Shown here in pieces: positions 21,946 through 32,054 of a stretch of 64,000 bases of DNA. Under the pieces are notes generated by a model, which did not search any database, had not been told where the DNA came from, and saw only the letters and a list, made by a program, of their open reading frames with translations. Each line of letters begins with the position of its first letter. The stretch's first letter is position 1. The DNA is taken from positions 248,001 to 312,000 of the forward strand of contig OZ025695.1 of the NCBI GenBank assembly GCA_964019335.1, read 5' to 3'. The DNA comes from Diplonema japonicum. Taxonomy: Eukaryota; Protista; Euglenozoa: Diplonemea. A program made the position numbers and the translations under genes.

Positions 21946-22338
21946 AAGGCTCCACAGCCCAACAAAACCGGCTGAAGGGGATGCCTCCGTGCCGGTGTGC
22001 CTACGAGCACTGACGAGGTACCCCACCCCTTGAAATCCCGGAGGTTCGGCCAAAGGGTGCTGTTGTGCGATGCGGGCTGGTGAGATGCCGAGGGACGTTG
22101 AAGGTGGGCACAGTTGCGAACGCTGGGAGCCCCCGGGCCTGCCCACCTCCCGCCTCGGTACGTATGGATAGTTGTGGGAGGGTTTTCTTTAAACTTTTAC
22201 AAAAAATTTGTCAACCCCTCCTCGTTCCCCCTTTCACTTGCAGGAGGCCCTTCAGGCCTCCTGCACCTATCCCCCCCCCCCAGCCTTTAGCTTCGCACGA
22301 CAGTGGTACATTTATTATTATTATTATTAAAAAAATTG
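21946..22338 (+). repeat. SINE-like structured element, family B copy 2, abutting tRNA-Met
   Basis: Homologous to 20614-20982; the tail ends 6 nt before the tRNA at 22345. Confidence 0.75.
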
Positions 22339-22344
22339 CCGTAA

Positions 22345-22417
22345 GCGAGGTTGGCGCAGTCGGCAGCGCGTAGGTCTCATAATCCTAAGGTCGTCAGTTC
22401 GATCCTGGCACCTCGCA
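22345..22417 (+). tRNA. tRNA-Met(CAT), elongator type
   Basis: Identical to the other three copies; T6 terminator. Confidence 0.95.
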
Positions 22418-22486
22418 TTTTTTCCCGCCGCTCGCATGACAGTGATACATTCATTTATTCATCTTTTGTCCGCAAAATAAATGTGA

Positions 22487-22558
22487 TCCGGCATAGTATA
22501 GTGGTTAGAACACCTGGCCCTCACCCAGGAGACCGGGGTTCAATTCCCCGTGCCGGAA
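22487..22558 (+). tRNA. tRNA-Glu(CTC) with atypical C33
   Basis: TCCGGCA/TGCCGGA acceptor, CCTGG/CCAGG anticodon stem, loop CCCTCAC, TTCAATT T-loop, T7 terminator. Confidence 0.85.
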
Positions 22559-22611
22559 TTTTTTTAAAAACACGATGTCAAGCTTGACCATTGGTTTTTG
22601 AGCGATAAAAA

Positions 22612-22630
22612 TGCAGGTGCCAGGATCGAA
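22612..22630 (-). pseudogene. Duplicated 3' fragment of tRNA-Met
   Basis: TTCGATCCTGGCACCTGCA plus a T run, in tandem with the full gene at 22638-22710. Confidence 0.6.
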
Positions 22631-22637
22631 AAAAAAA

Positions 22638-22710
22638 TGCGAGGTGCCAGGATCGAACTGACGACCTTAGGATTATGAGACCTACGCGCTGCCGACTGCG
22701 CCAACCTCGC
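22638..22710 (-). tRNA. tRNA-Met(CAT), elongator type
   Basis: Identical cloverleaf; T-run terminator. Confidence 0.95.
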
Positions 22711-22897
22711 TTGCGGGAGATTCTCGCGAATAAGATGAATGTGCGAGAAGTGGGGCAGTATTAGCCTGCGAGACAGAAATTGGAACAAGGACCTGAAGAG
22801 ATCACACAGGACATGATATGAGCGTGGGTAGAAAACCAAAAAAAAGAAATGAATAACACAGAGTGCAATCTAGTACATACAGGGAGGATAAAGTAAA

Positions 22898-24481
22898 CTA
22901 CATTATTGTGCAGCGTTTGCGGCTTTTTTTTTTTGATTTGACACGGGGCGGGTTCGTGGGGGACAATTTTTTATGAGTGGCTTTTGTGTTGATTCTCGGT
23001 GGTAGGGGCGGCGGCTGGCTTGGGTCCCACTTCACAAATCTATCCTGCTGCGGAACAGGTTGTGGTGGGAGCGGTTGTTTTCTTCGGCATGCTTCTGAAC
23101 GGACCGCACAACCGAGGCCTTGTCGTTCCGCCCGGATCTCTCTCACAAGCTGGTGGAAAGCTTCTGCGATATTGATTTTCTCCTTGGCGGAGGTCTCCAA
23201 GAACGGTACTATTTGACATTCGCGAAAATTAAAAAAAAAATACCATCACCAAAGATCGCAGCTGTCTCGAGTCCCCATTCTGCGTCCACCGTCCTTTCGT
23301 TGGTTGTATCACACTTATTACCTATCAGCACCGTTGGGACCGCCTGCGTGAATTACTTCAGGTAAAGATATGCATACATTGCCTCGTTCTTGAAGAACAT
23401 CAGAGTACTGGGACTTGAGCTCTTCGAGTGAACTTACGTCAGTGACACTGTACACTGCTAGCAAACCGTCGGACCTTTAAATTCGCAATCTTCTTTTTTT
23501 TAATCCATACTTTCTGTAATATTGAGAACGCAGTGAAGCGTACTCTTCTTGCCCTGCCATGTCCACAACCTCCAGGAAGCACATCTTTGAATCTACCTTG
23601 TCTTGCTTCTTGTAGGTATCACATATGTTCGGGTCGTAATCAGAGACAAATGTTTCTTGTATGTACTGCACAGAAATCGCTGACTTTCCAACGTTGCCAG
23701 CACCGATGACGGCAATGCGGTACTGCGTGAGGAGAGAGGGGGGCTCCGGGAGGGGTTCCCTCGCAGGAGACGGAGAGTATGTGACGGAATTAAGCCCGAG
23801 CGCGAATAAATCACCCAACAGCTTCTGTTGCTCCTTGGCAGGCATTGCGTTGGTGAGCGCGATCATTGTCATCGACACACCCACAGGGTACATCGATATG
23901 TGAACCTGTCCATCAATGCTGAGCCCTGAAGCGGGTGTGATTCCTGATGGGGTCATTGTTGTCCCGCTGATGATAAAAGTTCTACCGTTCACATTTAACG
24001 ACCCCTTCGGTCTGTCTGCCACCGCACTGGCGAACATTTTGGCGTACCGCTCATGCCCTCCTCCGTATCTGAACACTTGATTGTACATTGGCCTCCAAAT
24101 TACTTCATCTCGATCAGCAAAGAACACAGGACTCGTCATCAGCAACGTCAATAGTTCATCAGGGTTTAAGAACGGCGTTACTAGGTGCAACACAGCCAAC
24201 GGAAGTGTCATTGAACCCTCGCACACCTTGCCATCACCTTTCCTGAGCGTTGCCAGATAAGATTTCGCTGTGTATCGCAAAGGTCGGAGGTACTCATCGG
24301 CATAACCGTAATCTCTGCCTTTCTCAGATATCTCCAGTGCCAGCTCAGCGTCGTGCTCGTCCATTGTGACGCCGTGAACGCCGTTCTTTTCATCAACAAC
24401 CCCTGCCACCCATTCACCCTCCGGTATCTTTTCGAGGAGCTTCTTGGCACCACACAACCTCCTTTCTGCAGGTTGAACCAT
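22898..24481 (-). CDS. Ras-family GTPase with long N-terminal extension (F-box-like segment) and CaaX; introns 23475-23510, 23344-23377, 23209-23243
   Basis: Splicing three GT-AG introns (36, 34 and 35 nt) joins GAGNVGKS, DMAGQEEY, GNKCD, ETSAK and KKSRKRCTIM in one frame. Confidence 0.85.
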
Positions 24482-24506
24482 TTTCAACCCTTCTGTAAAT
24501 AAAAAA

Positions 24507-24579
24507 TGCGAGGTGCCAGGATCGAACTGACGACCTTAGGATTATGAGACCTACGCGCTGCCGACTGCGCCAACCTCGC
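24507..24579 (-). tRNA. tRNA-Met(CAT), elongator type
   Basis: Identical cloverleaf; T6 terminator. Confidence 0.95.
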
Positions 24580-24599
24580 TTGCGGGAAATTCCCGTATG

Positions 24600-26243
24600 A
24601 ATGTGAATACTGGCGCAACAGTTTTAATCAAATGACGTTGCCTCACCATACTCTTCGACTTTTCGAAGGCGTTCAACAGAGTCAACCACAAAGCCCTGAT
24701 ACAGAAGATGATGCAGAAGCGCTTCCCTGCAGCCTACACCAAGTGGGTTGCCTCCTTCCTGGAGTTCAGGACAGCAAGAGTGATTGTAGAAGGTGTCAAG
24801 GGATCCCCCTACAAAGTCAAGAGCGGCGTTCCGCAGGGTTCTGTACTCGGTCCGGTCCTATTCACCATATTCGTAGACGACCTTGCGAGGGAATGACTGG
24901 TCTCACCACGATCTACGCCGACGACGTCGCGGTGGTAGTCTGCCACGACAAGGACTGAGCTTGAAGCAAGGGCCACAGCGGTAGTGGGTGCGGTAGAAGA
25001 CTGGTGCGCCCGATGGGGGATGCAACTGAGCAGGGAGAAGACTTTATTCGTCTCCACGCCAAGTGCGAACCGTACGACTTCCACATCTACTTCCCCTCGA
25101 CCACGAAAACACACTCAGGGTTGGAGTTTTGGCAATCGAAGCTCAAGGGCCGACTCATCACAGGAGGACCTTCCCATCTGGTGGGAAGAAGGCTCTTAGC
25201 CGTGAACCGCACAGCCACGACATATCGCGACATTTCTTCGCTTGTCTCCAGCAGGCTGGTACGACTTCACAACGGCCGTGACAGTCGAGAGACGTGACAG
25301 AGCCAAATACCTGGGGATCACCCTGGACGCCGACTTGACCTTCGAAGCCCATGCCCGAGACATTGTCAAGAGGTACGACAAGCGCATTCGCTCCTCTCCG
25401 GTTCATCCTGGGGCAGTTCCGCTGGTGCGGCGACCACAGGATGGACGAAAAGAGCGCTGGACACGGCAAGGAAATCCGGGCTCGGAACGGCGGCCTCCCA
25501 GCTCTTAGGGAGCACAACGAAGGCACCACCCTGGGTGGAAGGTATCCGAGTAGACCCCTACGCCACCGACACACGGAGGGCCCTACCCGACGACGTAAGG
25601 GCGGCTGCGGCTGCGAAAAAACTGGCCGAGATTCCCAGCGATGCCTTGGTTGTGTACACGGACGGCTCGGTGGCGGGGGGAAGAGGAGGTGCAGGGGTCG
25701 CCATCAAGGTCCCTGACCTGGACTTCACCCTCACCACCTCGCATGGGGCCGGCGCGGTCTCCACGCCCATGTGCGCCGAAGGCACCGCTATCCTGAAGGG
25801 GCTGCAGGAAGCCGGGGAGGTGTACAGGACGGCTGCGAGTCTGCGGGGGCGCCCCCTCTACCTGCTCACGGACTCCCAATCGATGCTAAGGGGGCTCGCC
25901 GGTGGCCCCGGCCGGCAGAGGGAAATCACGGACAGACGGATCTGGGACGCCGCTTCGTGGCTCAGGACCAAGCGCTCTGGAGACGTGCATTTCTGGTTTG
26001 TTCCCTCTCACTGCGGTGTGTCCTTCCCTAGCCCCCGCTGCGAGAACCTTCTTCGACACCAGGCTGCCGCTCCGCGCGCTGCTTTCCAAGCACTCCGCCG
26101 AGGTCTGCGCCTTCACCGAGGCCTCCGGGCTCTTAACATGGTTCGAGTGTGGGATCCTCCCCCCGACCAACGCTGCTCAAGGGTGAACATGAGCCCAAAA
26201 TAGACCCCCCTTTTTCTTTTCCCAAACTCCCTACCTCTCCCCC

Positions 26244-26274
<31 letters not shown>

Positions 26275-26550
26275 ACACACACAAAACGGGCCAAAGAACG
26301 CCTCCCAAGAGATGGTCACGGATGGCCGGGAGGACGCAGCACGAGGACGCTCCTGCGTTAAATCTCGAGGGGTTCGCCCCGCATGTAATCAGCCAAGTCG
26401 GCTGTCCCATGCAAGGGGAACGGAGAGCCGGAGGGATGGTCCAACCCACGTGGTGGCCCTCTCGGTTCCTCCAGACAAAAGACTGGAACACACCCCCCCC
26501 CAGTTTCCCCCCAGTGGTTATTATTGCAAAAAAAAAAAAAAAAAAAATCA
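24600..26550 (+). mobile_element. Degenerate 5'-truncated ingi/I-like LINE (RT + RNase H, structured 3' end, A tail)
   Basis: [47 protein letters not shown] and FVPSHCG, spread across frameshifts. Confidence 0.88.
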
Positions 26551-26692
26551 AATGACCTCGAATACACCTAAACAGCACCAGGAAAGAGCATCGGAGGAGC
26601 TTTTAACTGCACAAGAAACAATAGTTAACTGCCATTTCAAAAAATAAAATATGGTTCAGTTATGCGTTAAACATACTGCTAACTCTTTATTT

Positions 26693-27247
26693 CTATTTCT
26701 TAAACTTACTCAACCCAGATGCAAAGCCAGCTTGGATACCCGAAACAAGATTTGCAGCCTTGGCCTTGACACCAGAGGACTCCATTGCCCTGTTAGCATC
26801 AGTGAGTGCTGAAGAGCCCATTTCTCTGACAGAGGACCCAGCGCCGGCGAAACGGTTCACCCACGTGGGGATAGGGCCCACACCGAGGGCCTTGGCGAAG
26901 GCGTCGCAGAAGGAGCAACAGTTTTTAGAAAGGAGGTCGTAGGTGTTGCCCTTCCAGTCGGGTGCCATGCTCTGAAGAAGATCCTTGACCTCTGACTCAC
27001 TCATATTAGTCTCACCCATGTCAAGGCTTTCCTTGTATCTGTGCATCGAACACTTTGCAGGCTCTTCAGTGAAGATCCCGCTGCAATCTGAGGTTGTGCA
27101 CCCAAAGCTCCATTCTACCCCGTACACTTCGATGCCACCATGGAATGCACCGCCTACACTAGCTGCGTCTTTGAAGACCTTATTTACATATTTAGTGACC
27201 GCCACATTGGTAACATCATAAACGTGGAGGGTGACCTTTGCAGGCAT
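26693..27247 (-). CDS. PPPDE/DeSI deSUMOylating isopeptidase
   Basis: VTLHVYD, FHGGIEVYGVEWSFG, YDLLSKNCCSF, IPTWVNR. Confidence 0.9.
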   Translation of the reverse strand: MPAKVTLHVYDVTNVAVTKYVNKVFKDAASVGGAFHGGIEVYGVEWSFGCTTSDCSGIFTEEPAKCSMHRYKESLDMGETNMSESEVKDLLQSMAPDWKGNTYDLLSKNCCSFCDAFAKALGVGPIPTWVNRFAGAGSSVREMGSSALTDANRAMESSGVKAKAANLVSGIQAGFASGLSKFKK

Positions 27248-27322
27248 ATGAAAAGCTCACCTGTGTAGTAGTGCGAGATGAAGCGGGGGAAAGGGCTGAG
27301 GGAAAAGAAAAGAAAAAAAAAA

Positions 27323-28141
27323 TTACCAAGAACTCCCGGGGATCGACCAGTCGCACGTCGAGACGAATTTCTTCTTCTTTGCTGCAGGTTCTTCCGGTTC
27401 GCTGCTTGAACTGTCGTGGTTGGCCTGCTGCCGTCTTGCTTCCCTCGCTTCCTTTGCTTCTTTAATCTGTAGGAGTTTGATGGTTTGCCTTGCGGAGTTG
27501 AAAATCCCGTCGGTAGGTTTCTTGCAGATAAAACATCCTTTGCGCTTTGTTTCATGCGCGGTGGCGCATGTTGAGCAAAAGACGTGTTTGCAGTTCACAG
27601 TGATGACTGGGTCGATGTACTGCTTGGAACAGATCCGGCAGGTGATCTGATCGATTTCGGCTTGCTTCTTTTTTTCTTCTTCCTCGGCAGCCAGGGTTGC
27701 TAGCTGTTTGTTTGCTTGCTCCCAGCTTTTGTCAACTTCTGATTGGTCGTAATCACCTATGATGTGTGCATATTTGCAGCTGTCGCCGTACTGGCATTTC
27801 CCTTTCATTTGGAATGGTTTGCAAATGTGTGTTTTGCTGTCTTGCACTGTGGTTCTTTGCATTGCGGAGCTCAGTTCCCTTGCCTCTTTCCCGGTGGAGT
27901 TCTCAACAGCTTCTCTGTCTCTCATGCGCTTGTCGAGCTCGGCCGCGTACTCTTCCCCCATTTTGTTGAAGTCGTTCAGTTCCTTCTTCTTCACCCCTTC
28001 CACCTGTATCCCTTTACCACGCCTGGTGTCGATCCGACCTTGCACCACGGCTTCATTCTGGTGTCCGTCGTCGCTGTCCGGTTCTTCTTCCGTTGGCTTT
28101 TTTCGCAAATTTGTATTGCCTCGGGTTCGCTTTTTGAACAT
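27323..28141 (-). CDS. CWC24: Splicing factor CWC24/RNF113A-like (CCCH + RING)
   Basis: ICKPFQMKGKCQYGDSCKYAH followed by RING CRIC..NCKHVFCSTCA..CFIC..TDGIFN. Confidence 0.85.
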   Translation of the reverse strand: MFKKRTRGNTNLRKKPTEEEPDSDDGHQNEAVVQGRIDTRRGKGIQVEGVKKKELNDFNKMGEEYAAELDKRMRDREAVENSTGKEARELSSAMQRTTVQDSKTHICKPFQMKGKCQYGDSCKYAHIIGDYDQSEVDKSWEQANKQLATLAAEEEEKKKQAEIDQITCRICSKQYIDPVITVNCKHVFCSTCATAHETKRKGCFICKKPTDGIFNSARQTIKLLQIKEAKEAREARRQQANHDSSSSEPEEPAAKKKKFVSTCDWSIPGSSW

Positions 28142-28238
28142 TTTTCTTTTTTTTTTCTTTTTTTTTTCTTTTCTTGCGGAAGGAAAAATTTACTTCGGTG
28201 TTGCATTAAAAGAACGAGAAAAGAAAAAGCTCCCCAAG

Positions 28239-28280
<42 letters not shown>

Positions 28281-28415
28281 GGCTAAAACAGTTTTAACAC
28301 CCCTCGCCGACATTTCGAGATTAATGTATCTCCGTAGTTTTTAAAGTGTTTTTTTTTCCTCTTTTTTTTTTTTCGCCCATTCCTTTTCCGGTGCTATTTT
28401 CTTTTTTTTTTTTCT

Positions 28416-30230
28416 TCAACGCTTGTTCCTCTTCCCGCGAGTTTTTTGCCTGACTTCCTCTTGCTGGAACATCCGTTTTGATTTTTTATGCGTGATGCCC
28501 TCGGCGTAACGGAAATTGGTGCACTGAGGTATATCTGTGATGTCAACGACTTCCGGCTCGTTGAAGAGGAGGTGGTGTGTGTACTCTGAGAAGAAACCCG
28601 TCAGCTGCATCTCAGGATCAAGTGCATGGCGGACTCTTTGCGCGAGGTATCGTTCGTACACGGAAATGGGGTTCGCCTCAATGACAGCCCGGGGAAGGAC
28701 AAAAGACGCACAGCACCAGTTCTGCAACCTGGTACCCTTAATGGGCCGGATATCGGAAAACAGACTGTTCCAGGAATTGATCCACCGCTTAACAACACCT
28801 TGGTTTTCCCACACCGTCCACTTGTCCATCATATCGACCATTGTAAGGGGCGTGTACCGTCCTGTTGTTACTGCACATTCCACGGCATCATCGATGATGA
28901 GAGCGAGATCGCCCGGCTGATGCCAGGAGTGAAGATGCCCATGAATGAAAACTGTGTAGTCAGCCACCGGTTTCATAGGATCCCTGTCGATAAGGTACCC
29001 TAAGTAACCCCATGACTCTGTACAAATGTGTCTCGAGTGGCGTTTTTCCAAAGGTGCGCCCCATATCTTCGATAGATGCACTGCGCAGTGCATGTTACGC
29101 CGCCACACCATGAACCCCCTGCTGACTAGCCCCGGGCTCGGGTCTAGATCCGTGCCTCCAATCACCACCAAAACATTTTTTTTCAGTATTTTCGGGTTCC
29201 ATATCCACGTCCCTATCGCGTTGGAACGTACCACAGAATGGTGCGTTTTTGAGAGCGTTGAAGAAGACGGTAATGTCTCGTCTGAACCCGAATTCGAACC
29301 GGTGTTCTCCGGATAGTCGCAAGAAGGTATCCCTGCCCCGGTTTCGACCTCTTCAGGTTCATTGAAAACAACATGATAGGTGCATAGATAGAAATAAGGT
29401 CCGATTACATCAGGTTTTAGAGCGAACATTTTGTCGTAGAACTCCTGGGGGAGCGCGTCGATGAGGGTTGTGGGGACAATGAATTCCCCGCCGCCCCAGG
29501 ATTGCAAGGTTTTCTTAGGACGGAGCCGGCGAAGATCTTTAAAATTTTTGTTGAAAATCTCCAGGACACGCGGCAGGTCAGCGTCTGGGTAGTCGTTGAA
29601 ATCCAGCGTGCGGTGTATGGGTGTGAACTTCTTTGTCAGGGAGGCGCAGTGAAGCGAAGCTTCGAGGCTTTCAAGGAGTTCGAACCCCACTTTACTGCTG
29701 TTTACAAATGCAACATAAGGCGCCTTCGGTTTTCCGAAATCTTTATCACGCATGTATGAATAGTAAGGGCCCGCCGACCCCATATTTTTCCTCTCCTCTA
29801 GCAACTCCTCATGTCTGTCAGTGTCGAAGGCGTCGCACTTTGTGTTGTTGCACCCCAGGTTCTGCCTCCACACAAGGTACCCGGCTTTGACAAGATCTAT
29901 TGTTGGATCGAGGCCTTGGCCAACCACTACTACGAGCTTGTGGATGTGCTTCCCATTGGGGTCCCACATCCAGTTCCCCACCTCGTTCGAGTGGAAATGA
30001 TATTCCGGTGGTTGTAGCCGCCGTTCGCGTTCGTCTTGTTCCTCTTCTTTCTGCGCCGATTGCCGTTGTTGTTGTTGTTGTTGATGTTGTTGTAGTAGTT
30101 GTAGTCGTTCTTCTTCCCTCACCACCGTCTTACACGGCTTGCTTGAAGCAGACTCATGTGTCGAATATAGTATTTGCCACAGCCCTAGCATCGCTATCGC
30201 TACGCCCGCCCACTTGTAACTGGCTGCCAT
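28416..30230 (-). CDS. Type II membrane protein with tandem DUF3431-like (glycosyltransferase-like) domains
   Basis: N-terminal TM; ESWGYLGYL..FIHGHLHSWH..CCASFVL; degenerate first repeat. Confidence 0.7.
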   Translation of the reverse strand: MAASYKWAGVAIAMLGLWQILYSTHESASSKPCKTVVREEERLQLLQQHQQQQQQRQSAQKEEEQDERERRLQPPEYHFHSNEVGNWMWDPNGKHIHKLVVVVGQGLDPTIDLVKAGYLVWRQNLGCNNTKCDAFDTDRHEELLEERKNMGSAGPYYSYMRDKDFGKPKAPYVAFVNSSKVGFELLESLEASLHCASLTKKFTPIHRTLDFNDYPDADLPRVLEIFNKNFKDLRRLRPKKTLQSWGGGEFIVPTTLIDALPQEFYDKMFALKPDVIGPYFYLCTYHVVFNEPEEVETGAGIPSCDYPENTGSNSGSDETLPSSSTLSKTHHSVVRSNAIGTWIWNPKILKKNVLVVIGGTDLDPSPGLVSRGFMVWRRNMHCAVHLSKIWGAPLEKRHSRHICTESWGYLGYLIDRDPMKPVADYTVFIHGHLHSWHQPGDLALIIDDAVECAVTTGRYTPLTMVDMMDKWTVWENQGVVKRWINSWNSLFSDIRPIKGTRLQNWCCASFVLPRAVIEANPISVYERYLAQRVRHALDPEMQLTGFFSEYTHHLLFNEPEVVDITDIPQCTNFRYAEGITHKKSKRMFQQEEVRQKTRGKRNKR

Positions 30231-30449
30231 TTGTCGTTTTTGTGCCAGTATTTAAACCTCCCCCCCCTTGCTTCAGAAAGAATTTCGTTGATAAAAAGGC
30301 AGGGGGGGAGGGGGAGGGGCACTAAAGAAGGCACACTTTGCAATCGAATACGGGTACACTTTCCCTTTTCTTTTCTTTTTTTTTCTCCCCCCCCCTTCCA
30401 CACCAAACAACACTTCCACACCTTCTTTTTTTTTTCTCTCTTCTTCCCC

Positions 30450-31357
30450 TCACATTGTCACAGAAGGGTTGATGGGTTCTTGTTCGGTGTGGTTTGCCGC
30501 TATGTTATAGCTTTCATCCACAATTTCAGGTTTTATCTCCGTTTCCATGTCTTCGGGTTTAATAATGACCGCTGGTTCAACGTGGGTGACGTATGACGCA
30601 GCATAAGGACTGGACTTAAGGGTGAGGTACCATTGAGGCTGGTACGCTTCCGGTTTGAGCACTTTTCTTGCAATGAGGTCGGTGGTGGAGTCGGTGTACG
30701 CGGCGAAGGCCTGTGTTGTTGTTTTTCTCTCCCCTCCCATTTTTTCCTTCTTCTTCAAACCTGAGGAGAAAGGTTGCCCAGAACCTCTTCATATGTGAGC
30801 CGCTGGTTGATATCTTTGCAAATTGTCCCGATGGCCACCGACAGCAAGGCCTCACCCCCGGCTTCATTGATGCATCTCACAAGGTGGTCATGTATTTCTT
30901 GTGCTGCTTCACTCCGGTAAGACCCAGTCCTTTCCTGGTCAGGGTCGAAGGAAGGGTAGCTTTTCTGCGGGGTTTGTTTGTACACCGGGCCCACTGGTTC
31001 AGGTGCAGGTGCACCTTTCCCCATTTTCCCCATTTTCCCTCCTTTTCCGCCCTTCCCTTTGCCTTTTCCTTTTCCTTTGCCCCCGCCTTTCCCGGAATCG
31101 TGCTGCCTGTAAGGTTGGTACCCTGAGCTCTCCGCCTGGTACGACTGGTGTTGGGGTGCGCTGTGTTGCGCCTGTGCATCGTTACTGTTGTTATACCTGT
31201 TATTTTTTGTTTTCTTTTTTTTTTTCTTTTTTTTTTTTTTGTGTGTATACTTTTCAACTGCCCTTTGGCAGCATATTCTATACTGGTCTTCTGTGAGCAG
31301 GCCTTGCGAATGTTGTTCTTTTAACATCCGGAGCTCGTCTCCCATTTCTGCGGCCAT
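30450..31357 (-). CDS. Hypothetical protein with G/K-rich tract; introns 31197-31250 and 30711-30760
   Basis: GT-AG removal deletes a poly-Lys artefact and joins LSPQ to AFAAY in frame. Confidence 0.65.
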
Positions 31358-31471
31358 TTTTTTCTTCTTCTTTCCCCTCCCCCTTTTGCGACTATAATCT
31401 CAAAAAAGACGAAGGAAGAGTAAGGACCAAAAAGATATTTAAAAAAAAAAAAAAAAAATGTTCATCCTCCT

Positions 31472-31939
31472 TCACGGCCGTCCTTGTGCCAGCTGTACGA
31501 CCAAGTTGTCCACATTGATCGTCTGCCTTACAGGAGACGCCTCGTTTTCCGCCAGTGTGATCTTCACGTCCTTCATGACGAGGGTCCAGGTGTTGTCCCT
31601 TGTACACCTGTAAAGGGGAAAAGTGCTATTTGGTTTTGAGGGTTCTGCGGAAATGTCCACAAACCCGGAACTGTGCTTGTTCACAGCTCCGAAGGCTAAA
31701 GCGATGGCCTTGTCGAAGGCAGCCTCGATTTCGTGGCGGAGCAGGGGTGTCATGGCCACGTCATAATTCTCTCCATATTGCTTAGAAGCAACGTGGTCAA
31801 GGGCAGAAGTAAGGGAGCTGAAGAGCGTGCACTCCCGGTAAACACCATGAGGAGGGAGTGACTCCGGCTGCAGAAGAACCTTCCATTCATTCGCAGGCTT
31901 GTTGGGGATGTCGCGCACACCAGGTACGAAGTGCGTCAT
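31472..31939 (-). CDS. Transcription factor IIA small (gamma) subunit; possible extra 5' exon 32008-32025
   Basis: YRECTL.SSLTSALD..FDKAI..YRC..NTWTLVMKDV matches the TFIIA-gamma pattern. Confidence 0.75.
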   Translation of the reverse strand: MTHFVPGVRDIPNKPANEWKVLLQPESLPPHGVYRECTLFSSLTSALDHVASKQYGENYDVAMTPLLRHEIEAAFDKAIALAFGAVNKHSSGFVDISAEPSKPNSTFPLYRCTRDNTWTLVMKDVKITLAENEASPVRQTINVDNLVVQLAQGRP

Positions 31940-31965
31940 GGCACCCTATAGAAAAGTGAAACAAA

Positions 31966-32002
<37 letters not shown>

Positions 32003-32054
32003 CTCACCGAATTGGTTAGCAACATGTCGTGCCTACCTTATGTCGTTAAATAGC

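Noticed and set aside
21990-22045. Hammerhead-like CTGACGA...GAAA in family B copy 2
   Set aside because: The cleavage triplet would be GTG, stem III pairs poorly, and copy 1 lacks the core.
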